From: Bdellovibrionota bacterium
Lineage (GTDB): Bacteria; Bdellovibrionota_C; UBA2361; JBGSMV01
Direction: 5' to 3'
Assembly: GCA_044356455.1 (NCBI GenBank)
Contig: JBIKWF010000012.1
Location: 1 to 62,277 of the forward strand
Length of the DNA: 62,277 nucleotides
Part shown: positions 55,111-62,277 of the stretch, one piece after another
How positions within the stretch are numbered: the stretch's first letter is position 1
How the letters are laid out: each line of letters opens with the position of its first letter
Notes under the pieces: generated by a model
The model's database searches: none
The model's input: the letters and a program-made list of their open reading frames with translations, nothing else
Told to the model about the DNA's origin: nothing
Made by a program: the position numbers and the translations under genes

Positions 55111-55238
55111 GGAAACTCTGAAAAAGTCCACTCTGTGAACTCTGTGCCCTCTGTGGTTGATTTAAATTGTTGAAAAACCACAGAGGACACAGAGCTCACA
55201 GAGAGAAGAAATAGCGATGTTTTTCAGAGGCTCCCTCT
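55107..55238. mobile_element. Family A element (A1)
   Basis: CTAG-GGAAACTCTGAAAAA...TTTTTCAGAGGCTCC. The left CTAG contains the desaturase stop. Confidence 0.9.
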
Positions 55239-55243
55239 CGTCT

Positions 55244-56467
55244 TCATAGAGACCTTGCCGCCATTTCACCTGCGGCATGGCCAGTAGCAAGGCATGTTCC
55301 CATCACTCTCGCCGAGGCAATCGCTCCATCGTCGGCCGAGATCCCTCTGCCTGCGGTCCACAAGTTTTGGATGCCTCGCACTTTGAGGCATGCCGCAGGA
55401 ATTCCATAACATTCGCCTTCAGGCAGATACGACAGCTGTGGGCCGCGACTAGATCCCCACACTTCGATCGGCCAGGCGCCCCACGCAATTGAAGACTCAG
55501 GTTTCTGCGCGCTGCGTACGGCAGATTCTGAAAGGATTGCTTCTCCTTGTGCCCGCGGGCCCGTGCGAATTCCTACTTGAGAGGCAACTGAGGAGAGCGT
55601 CGCATTTTGAAAGTCAGTGTAACGGGAAGAGAGGTAGGCAAGCGCCGCTGCAGCGCGCTCCTTAGCAATGAGGTGTAAGCCTTCCGCCTCTTCTCCCTTT
55701 AAATTCATCACTTCTGGTAAGGCAAGCTTGAAGAGAGCCCTGAATGAAGTGACTGGTCCGTCAGATCTTTCGGCTCGCCGCAAAGTTCCTGGAACCATAG
55801 AAACTCGCGACACTTCTTCAGGAATAGCTTTCTCCATAGCTCCACGCATGAGTTCCTTTGCAACCATCTGAGGAACGAGGAGCGCATCGCGTGGAATAAT
55901 TCCGGAGATTTCAAACGAAAGTGCTCCGGCCTGACGAGCGGTACCCTCAAGGAACGGAGCGCCGCAAAGTTTGGCGAGGGCGCCCGAGCCCGATGCATCA
56001 ATGAAAGCTTTGGCGAAAAAACGTAGAAGTGAGCCTTGATAGTGGCAAGTTGTCTCTTGCAGCATACCACCAGAGGTGTGAGCGCTGGTAACACTCGTTC
56101 CATAGAGAACAGAAACTGACGCTGAACTTAGCAGGGTCGCGGAAGTGTTGACGAAGCTTTGCATTTCGTAGGGCACAAACCAAAGACCCTCCGCGTAGCA
56201 CGTAGGGACAGAGTTGTCGGCTTGCATGAGACGCTCGGCAAACTCTTGAGCAAAAGGGTTGGGTAGAAAGCTCGGAGCACTCATTGAGCGGTGATAGAGG
56301 CCACAGACGGTGCCGACGTAGGCCGCGGTTCCCATGCCCCCTAGGAAGGTGTTCTTCTCAAGTAGGGCGACCTTGGCGCCCTGCCTTGCCGCGCCGAGAG
56401 CCGCGGCGATCCCCGCAGATCCGCCGCCTACCACGACGACATCAAAATGCTGAGAGCGGTGAGACAT
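55244..56467 (-). CDS. FAD-dependent oxidoreductase (FAD_oxidored-type)
   Basis: VVGGGSAG, LGGMGT, IDASG, YGIP..CL, AGR.IS, RVMGTC.ATG.AAG. Confidence 0.9.
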   Translation of the reverse strand: MSHRSQHFDVVVVGGGSAGIAAALGAARQGAKVALLEKNTFLGGMGTAAYVGTVCGLYHRSMSAPSFLPNPFAQEFAERLMQADNSVPTCYAEGLWFVPYEMQSFVNTSATLLSSASVSVLYGTSVTSAHTSGGMLQETTCHYQGSLLRFFAKAFIDASGSGALAKLCGAPFLEGTARQAGALSFEISGIIPRDALLVPQMVAKELMRGAMEKAIPEEVSRVSMVPGTLRRAERSDGPVTSFRALFKLALPEVMNLKGEEAEGLHLIAKERAAAALAYLSSRYTDFQNATLSSVASQVGIRTGPRAQGEAILSESAVRSAQKPESSIAWGAWPIEVWGSSRGPQLSYLPEGECYGIPAACLKVRGIQNLWTAGRGISADDGAIASARVMGTCLATGHAAGEMAARSL

Positions 56468-56532
56468 GAAGAGCCTACTTGTGTACGTGGGAAAACACTC
56501 GCGAACAGCTTGTCAAAAAACGCCCTTGAATA

Positions 56533-57888
56533 TCAAGGGTATTCCTGTGTGACGGGGGAGCTTAGCTCCCGGCGAATCTCTCCCACTAGCCCGCCTAGGT
56601 CACTTTCCGAGACTACGTCTGGTGAAGAAACAATCGTCAGCATGAAACAGCCATTTCTACGTGAAGCCACAAAACAGATTCCAGGCGGGTAAAACAAGGG
56701 AGGGAAGTGAACGGCATCAAGAATCTTCCCTGAAGCCCCGACTTCTAGAGTCTTTTCGGAAATAGACTGAAATTTAGAAAGAGAGTCTCCGATATCCGAG
56801 AAATAGAAACTAGCGAACGCCCCACCACTGGCGGAGCCAAGAAGCTTCAAATAGGGCCAAGGTGGCAAGATGCGATTAAAGCCTAGAAAGAGGGGCACGC
56901 CCCGGTGGAGATCCTCTTTGACGAAGTATTCCGCTTGTTGCAGGAGGCTCGCAGCCGCCGTCCCGAGACTGGAGAGCGCGGCGTGCTCAATTCTAAAAAA
57001 GAAGATGCTCAGTTCATTCGAAGCCTGACGTTCGACGGAATGCCCTCGCCGCGAATCATGCGGAACGGGAACTAGTAAAGCGGCGGGGGCTTGGCCTTTC
57101 TGTATCGCTACCTGCTGAAAGGCGCGGGCAATGGCAGCGATAAGAAAGCAACTTGGGAAAAGTTCAAGGCCATGATCGCGAATGCTCTGGCTGACCTGGA
57201 GGGTTTCGTCTTCCGTGAACCGAATAAAAGTATACTGCGGCGCCGCGCGCGTGCCTCTGAGCGGTAGCGGTATGGTGCTGAGCGGTAGCGGTAAGGTGCA
57301 GAGCGGCGGCTTAGAGGTCTTTAGGATAAATTTTCTCGCCTTCTCTGCGCTTCGCAGTGAATTCCCAAATGATAACGGTGCGGGAGGCCTTCTTCCCAAT
57401 TTTTTCGGGGACAGCTCGGGCTCACAAAGAAGTGCGCAAAGGAGTGCTTCCGCTCGGTGCGCATCAAGGAGGGCATGATGCCAGCCGAACAAGATGGTAG
57501 AGCGTGTTCCGTGCTGAAGGAGGCATAATTGAAGTGGTGGTTCGAGCTCAGGATTTATGTCCCGGCGTGCTACAAATTCGAAAACAGCGTCCAAGGGCAA
57601 GGCATGCTCTTCAATTACGTGGGATGGAAGCGCTTGCGAGTCAGAGACAACCCAGCGCGGGTAGCCTAAGAGGCGGTAGCTGAGGCGTAGTCTACGAAGC
57701 GAGCGCCACGCGTCTTGGCCTTCAACAAGCTTCGTTAGCGCAGCAGCGCTTAGGCTGGACTCTAACGTAAGGCTGAGAAAGCAGGCGTTGCCTCGTCCCG
57801 CTTCTCTTCTAAAGGAGCGGTCCTTTACGACCATTAAATAATCGATTTCGTTGAGGCGGGGAGGGGGTGAGGGCGTAATCTGCCGCAT
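56533..57888 (-). CDS. Stand-alone condensation-domain/PapA5-like acyltransferase
   Basis: WHHALLD (HHxxxD), VPVP.D.R, FSDIG. Confidence 0.7.
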   Translation of the reverse strand: MRQITPSPPPRLNEIDYLMVVKDRSFRREAGRGNACFLSLTLESSLSAAALTKLVEGQDAWRSLRRLRLSYRLLGYPRWVVSDSQALPSHVIEEHALPLDAVFEFVARRDINPELEPPLQLCLLQHGTRSTILFGWHHALLDAHRAEALLCALLCEPELSPKKLGRRPPAPLSFGNSLRSAEKARKFILKTSKPPLCTLPLPLSTIPLPLRGTRAAPQYTFIRFTEDETLQVSQSIRDHGLELFPSCFLIAAIARAFQQVAIQKGQAPAALLVPVPHDSRRGHSVERQASNELSIFFFRIEHAALSSLGTAAASLLQQAEYFVKEDLHRGVPLFLGFNRILPPWPYLKLLGSASGGAFASFYFSDIGDSLSKFQSISEKTLEVGASGKILDAVHFPPLFYPPGICFVASRRNGCFMLTIVSSPDVVSESDLGGLVGEIRRELSSPVTQEYP

Positions 57889-57902
57889 AAGAGCCTTGGG
57901 GG

Positions 57903-58451
57903 TTATTGGCCCTTCTCGAAAAACAGCAGCAGCGTATTCCCATATTTTCTCTGCGCAGCTTCTTTAAAGCTGGACAGATTCAGCGCTTCATATTCTTTCG
58001 GGTCGATCTGAACGACCACAAGTCCACCCTCATTCACGAGCTCAGGGCGCTCTGCAATTATGTGCATCGCCTGAACCCAGAGGGATTCAAATTGAGGCGG
58101 AGCTACGTAGATAAAATCAAAAGTCTTCGAGGCATGCCTCAAATAGCCAAAAGCATCAGTGTGACGCACTTCGGCTTGTTCGGTAAGGCGGGTAGCGACG
58201 AGGTTTTCTTTTATGGTCTTTACGGCAGCAGCGCTCAGATCCAAAAAGATGCAGTGTTCTGCGCCTTGGCTTAAGGCTTCTATCCCCACCGAGCCTGCGC
58301 CGCCAAAGAGATCGAGCGCGCGCCAGCCTGTTATGCGCGGTCTTAAGATATCAAAGAGCGCAGTCTTTACGCGGTCAAGGATAGGCCGCGTGCCATCACC
58401 GGGGACCGCTTTTAGGGTAATACCTCGAGCTTTTCCGGAAACTACTCGCAT
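57903..58451 (-). CDS. rsmD: 16S rRNA m2G966 methyltransferase
   Basis: MRVVSG..RG, TRP..DRVK..LF, LDLFGGAGSVGIEALSQGA, YG.T. Confidence 0.9.
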   Translation of the reverse strand: MRVVSGKARGITLKAVPGDGTRPILDRVKTALFDILRPRITGWRALDLFGGAGSVGIEALSQGAEHCIFLDLSAAAVKTIKENLVATRLTEQAEVRHTDAFGYLRHASKTFDFIYVAPPQFESLWVQAMHIIAERPELVNEGGLVVVQIDPKEYEALNLSSFKEAAQRKYGNTLLLFFEKGQ

Positions 58452-58495
58452 AGGGGGCGTGCTTCATTCTTTCAGTCGTGGTGGGGCAAGCTAAG

Positions 58496-58645
58496 CTAGG
58501 GGAGCCTCTGAAAAACCTCGAAAAGTAACTTTTTTTGTCCTGTTTTCCCTCCGCGCACTCTGCGTCCTCCGCGTTATTCAATAGTTTTCAAATAACGCGG
58601 AGGACGCAGAGTACGCGGAGGGGAAGTTTTTCAGAGGCTACCTAG
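58496..58645. mobile_element. Family A element (A3)
   Basis: CTAG-(G)GGAGCCTCTGAAAAA...TTTTTCAGAGGCTAC-CTAG. Confidence 0.9.
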
Positions 58646-58719
58646 GGCAAGCTGTGGTAGGGCGCGCTGTCCCCGCCGCGCTCACCCCGTCACCACACCT
58701 CTTCGCTCTTGCTGTCCCG

Positions 58720-60105
58720 TTAGTACAAAGGCCGATTACTATCCCAACCTTCAAGATAATCACGAATGTAAGCAAGGAAGCTGCCACCAAGCGCTCCATC
58801 TACGAGCCTGTGGTCGTAAGAGAGGGTCAGGTAGCACATCTCGCGAATTGCAATCATGTCATCGATAACGACAGGGCGCTTCACGATTGCTCCAAGGCAA
58901 AGAATCGCTACCTGAGGTTGGTTGATGATCGGAGTTCCAATCACCGTGCCAAAAACACCAGGATTCGTGATGGTGAAAGTTCCTCCCGCTACATCATCGG
59001 GGAGAAGTTTCTTGGAGCGCGCCTTTTGAGCGAGCTCATTAAGCGAGCGCGCGATACCAACCAAGTTCTTTTCCTCAGAGCGCTTGATTACGGGAACGAT
59101 AAGTCCAAACCCTTTTTCGGCGTCCCCAATTGCCACTGCGCATCCGAGATTGATGTTCTTTTTGAGAATGATCTTTTTCCCATCCAAGGAAGCGTTGATG
59201 TACGGGAACTTAAGAAGTCCCTTCATCGCAGCTTCCAAGAAAAACGGCGTAAAGCTCAATTTGAAGCCTTCTGCCTTGAGGAACTCGTCTTGCTTCGCCT
59301 TTCTCCACTTCGAGACTGCGGTCATATCAATTTCTTGAATTGAATAGACGTGCGGGCTGGTGTGCTTAGAGCGAACCATGTGGTCGGCGATGGCCTGGCG
59401 CATGGTATCCATGGGAACAACTTTCGTCCCGTCACTCCCCCAATCAAGGGAGGGGATTCCGCCCGAAGCCGGCTTGCTGGAGGCGCTAGAGCTCGAGGCT
59501 TGAGGAGCGCTGCTCGGAGCAGCTGCAGGGCGCGCAGCTTGCGGCGCAGGCGATCCTGCAGACGATCCGATTGTACGGTTCTCTGCATACGCCAGTAAAT
59601 CTTGCTTATTGACGCGTCCGCCTTCGCCAGAGCCGGGAAGGCTCTCGAGCTCAGACATGGAAATGCCATGTTTTTGAGCAAGGCTCATGACGAGTGGAGA
59701 GTAGAAGCGGCCACCTTGGGAGGCTGATCCATAACCCGAGGCGGGGCCCGAAGCAGGCGCTGCATGCCCATTTGCAGGAGCCGATACCTGAGGCGCGGTC
59801 TGTACGGGTGCTGCCTTAGGAGCCTCAGCTTTTGGAGCAGGGCTAGAAGCAGCGGCAGCAGCGCCGCCTGCCGTGTCGATAACCGCAATCTTGGTCTTAA
59901 CTGGTACCACATCTCCTTGCTTAAAAAGGAGCTCGGAAATGGTTCCCGAAGCAGGGGCAGGGATCTCTGAGTCAACCTTGTCAGTTGAGATCTCAAGGAT
60001 AATCTGATCTTTCTCTACGGTGTCGCCTACCTGCTTAAGCCATTTAGAAATCGTGGCTTCTGCAATCGACTCGCCCATCTGTGGCATTACCATGTCAACT
60101 TTCAT
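58720..60105 (-). CDS. 2-oxoacid dehydrogenase E2 (dihydrolipoamide acyltransferase)
   Basis: Lipoyl domain STDKV, E3-binding SPLV..GSGEGGRV, YDHRLVDG. Confidence 0.96.
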   Translation of the reverse strand: MKVDMVMPQMGESIAEATISKWLKQVGDTVEKDQIILEISTDKVDSEIPAPASGTISELLFKQGDVVPVKTKIAVIDTAGGAAAAASSPAPKAEAPKAAPVQTAPQVSAPANGHAAPASGPASGYGSASQGGRFYSPLVMSLAQKHGISMSELESLPGSGEGGRVNKQDLLAYAENRTIGSSAGSPAPQAARPAAAPSSAPQASSSSASSKPASGGIPSLDWGSDGTKVVPMDTMRQAIADHMVRSKHTSPHVYSIQEIDMTAVSKWRKAKQDEFLKAEGFKLSFTPFFLEAAMKGLLKFPYINASLDGKKIILKKNINLGCAVAIGDAEKGFGLIVPVIKRSEEKNLVGIARSLNELAQKARSKKLLPDDVAGGTFTITNPGVFGTVIGTPIINQPQVAILCLGAIVKRPVVIDDMIAIREMCYLTLSYDHRLVDGALGGSFLAYIRDYLEGWDSNRPLY

Positions 60106-60176
60106 GTTCTTTCCCTTCGAAACGTAACTTATTCGTCTGCGCGATGTGCGCCATACCCTGCGGCTGAGTTCAATCT

Positions 60177-62276
60177 TTAGAACGCAAGCAACGCCCGTGT
60201 TGCATCAATTACGTCCTGATTCTGTGGCAAGACAAAGTTCTCAATCGGTCCGGAATGGGCAACTGCGGCCGCATACTTCATCCCAAGGCGCTTAACCGGC
60301 GCGTCTAAGTTCGTGAAGCAGTGGTCGCTGATTTGGGCAGCGATCTCAGCTCCAAATCCCATGAACTCAACGTCTTCGTGAGCAACAAGGACGCGTCCCG
60401 TTTTGCGCACGCTTTCAAAGATACAATCCTTATCGAGCGGTGCGATAGAGCGCAGATCGATGACTTCCACCGAGATGCCTTCCTTCTCAAGCTCTTTGGC
60501 GGCTAGAAGGCTCTTATTAACCAAGGCGCCCCAGGTGACGATGGTGACGTCGGTCCCTTCGCGCGCAACCTTTGCTTTGCCAAGCGGCACGAGGCACTCA
60601 GAATCTCCCTCGGGGCCCTTGGCGTATACTTGGCGGTACAGCCCCTTGTGTTCAAGGAACAGTACTGGGTCCTTGCCCCTTATGGCTGCCTTGAGCATGC
60701 CCTTTGCGTCGCTCGCATTCGAGGGGTACGCAATATAGAGGCCCGGGAAGTGCGCAAAGGTGGCTTCAATATTCTGGGAATGGTAGCAGCCGCCGTGGAT
60801 GTAACCTCCCACCGCAATGCGGATAACGGCGGGGCAGGTGAAGTCACCGCCTGAGCGGTAATTCATCATCGCAAGCTCGTTGCGAATCTGCATCATGCCG
60901 GTCCACACGTAGTCGCCGAACTGGATCTCGGCTACGGGTTTAAGACCCATTGAGGCTAGTCCAACCGAAACTCCGATAATTGAGCTCTCCGCGAGGGGGC
61001 TATTAAAGACGCGGTCTTTGCCATGTTTTGCCGTGAGGCCTGAGGTAACGGTGAAGACGCCGCCCTTGCCGTGGGCTACGTCCTGACCAAAGATCATGAT
61101 GTCTTTGTTCCGAGTCAACTCTTCATCGAGCGCATGGTTAAGCGCGTCTACCATGTACACTTCTTCCCCGGTTGGTATTCCCTCGGAAACAGCCTCCCAA
61201 GGCTTTGTGTCGACATAGTTGTTGTTCAATGCGGTCTCTACGGCAGGATCCGGCTGGGCCTCGGCCCATTCCGCAGCCACGTCAATCGCTTTCTTAAGCT
61301 CGCTATCAATCGCCGCAAGCTCTTCCTTGGTCGCTAGTTTTCTTGAGGTGAGGAGCTCCCGCATCTTGGCGATGGGGCAGCGGAGCTTCATCTTATCGAT
61401 ATCCGCTTGAGAGCGGTACTTTAAGTGATTGTCAGAAATAGAATGGCTTTGAAGCCGCGGAACGCGCGCCTCAATGACCGAGGGGCCTTCTCCTGCGCGG
61501 GCTCGGCCATGGGCATGCTGAAAGGTAGCGAGAGACGCCGGATAGTCCGTGCCGTCAACCTCGTGTCCTTCCATGTTCTCGTAGCTCTGCGCCATTTTAG
61601 TGATGCCGCCGCCTGCAAGCTGCTCCGATACGTGCACGGAAATGGCGTAGTCATTGTGCTGAATGAGAAACACCACAGGCAGCTTTTCGCGCGCAGCCCA
61701 GTTGAGAGCTTCATGGAAATCACCTTGAGAGCATGTTCCTTCGCCTGCGCTCACGTAGACAACTTCATCAGCGCCTGTGCGCTTGATACCAAGGGCAATG
61801 CCCACGGCTTGAAGAAACTGCGTCCCCGTAGGTGAGCTCTGATTCACAATGCGCAAATCTTTGTGGCCATAGTGCATGGGCATTTGCATGCCGTGAGAGT
61901 TGGGATCCGCTGCTTTGTTCATGGCATTGAGCATGAACTCCTGATCGGTCATGCCGAGAGCTGCGCAGAGAGCCATGTCACGGTAGTAGGGGAAGAACCA
62001 ATCCTTGCCAGGACGAAATACGTGACCTGCAGCAACTTGTACTGCCTCATGTCCCGCGACGCCGATTTGGAAGTGGCATTTATTCTGCTTATAAAGAACG
62101 ATTGCTTTTTCATCGTTCAGGCGAGCGCGCACCATGTCGCGGTAGGCATTTAATAACTCGAGTTTGGTGACCTTATTGCTATCTTTGCCTGCGCCTTTGG
62201 CTTTTGAAGCGGCAGTCTTCTTTGCGCTCGTGCGCGCGCCGGATTGAAGTTTGACCTTGAGTGTTTTTGAGGAGCC
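60177..62276 (-). CDS. Fused E1 alpha/beta 2-oxoacid (likely branched-chain) dehydrogenase, 5' end beyond window
   Basis: YYRD, GEG...N TPP motif, HSISD, GQDV..GGVF, EIQFGDY, FLEHK. Frame stays open to the window edge. Confidence 0.95.
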   Translation of the reverse strand, partial: GSSKTLKVKLQSGARTSAKKTAASKAKGAGKDSNKVTKLELLNAYRDMVRARLNDEKAIVLYKQNKCHFQIGVAGHEAVQVAAGHVFRPGKDWFFPYYRDMALCAALGMTDQEFMLNAMNKAADPNSHGMQMPMHYGHKDLRIVNQSSPTGTQFLQAVGIALGIKRTGADEVVYVSAGEGTCSQGDFHEALNWAAREKLPVVFLIQHNDYAISVHVSEQLAGGGITKMAQSYENMEGHEVDGTDYPASLATFQHAHGRARAGEGPSVIEARVPRLQSHSISDNHLKYRSQADIDKMKLRCPIAKMRELLTSRKLATKEELAAIDSELKKAIDVAAEWAEAQPDPAVETALNNNYVDTKPWEAVSEGIPTGEEVYMVDALNHALDEELTRNKDIMIFGQDVAHGKGGVFTVTSGLTAKHGKDRVFNSPLAESSIIGVSVGLASMGLKPVAEIQFGDYVWTGMMQIRNELAMMNYRSGGDFTCPAVIRIAVGGYIHGGCYHSQNIEATFAHFPGLYIAYPSNASDAKGMLKAAIRGKDPVLFLEHKGLYRQVYAKGPEGDSECLVPLGKAKVAREGTDVTIVTWGALVNKSLLAAKELEKEGISVEVIDLRSIAPLDKDCIFESVRKTGRVLVAHEDVEFMGFGAEIAAQISDHCFTNLDAPVKRLGMKYAAAVAHSGPIENFVLPQNQDVIDATRALLAF

Positions 62277-62277
62277 A

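Noticed and set aside
58654..59343. 229-aa plus-strand ORF
   Set aside because: Antisense shadow of the E2 gene, starting inside a REP.

Overview
Bacterial chromosomal window, most consistent with a deltaproteobacterial or Bdellovibrionota-like lineage (inference from gene content only). Housekeeping genes include uvrB-uvrC, thiolase, lnt, eno, ftsB-like, DUF721/DciA-like, rsmD and 2-oxoacid dehydrogenase E1/E2. Three layers stand out. (1) An ~10 kb island (about 8.1-18.2 kb) bracketed by repeat composites. It encodes a class II ribonucleotide reductase homologue with altered substrate, specificity and catalytic-Asn motifs, a DUF402 hydrolase, a divergent 3-hydroxyanthranilate dioxygenase, a HAD hydrolase, a HAD-PRTase-TrpF-like triple fusion, an acetolactate-decarboxylase-like HxH..H protein and an AAA_28 P-loop kinase. 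Together these look like a dedicated pathway to a non-canonical deoxynucleoside or deoxynucleotide, and this is the best candidate for an undescribed system. (2) A rearranged aryl-polyene-type lipid cluster with a flavin halogenase and extra tailoring genes (31-58 kb). (3) At least five families of short palindromic repeats. Three families carry YTAR target-site duplications, elements insert into or beside one another, and two copies have rewritten protein C-termini. No tRNA, rRNA, CRISPR array or transposase was recognised. All calls come from reading motifs by eye, not from database searches.
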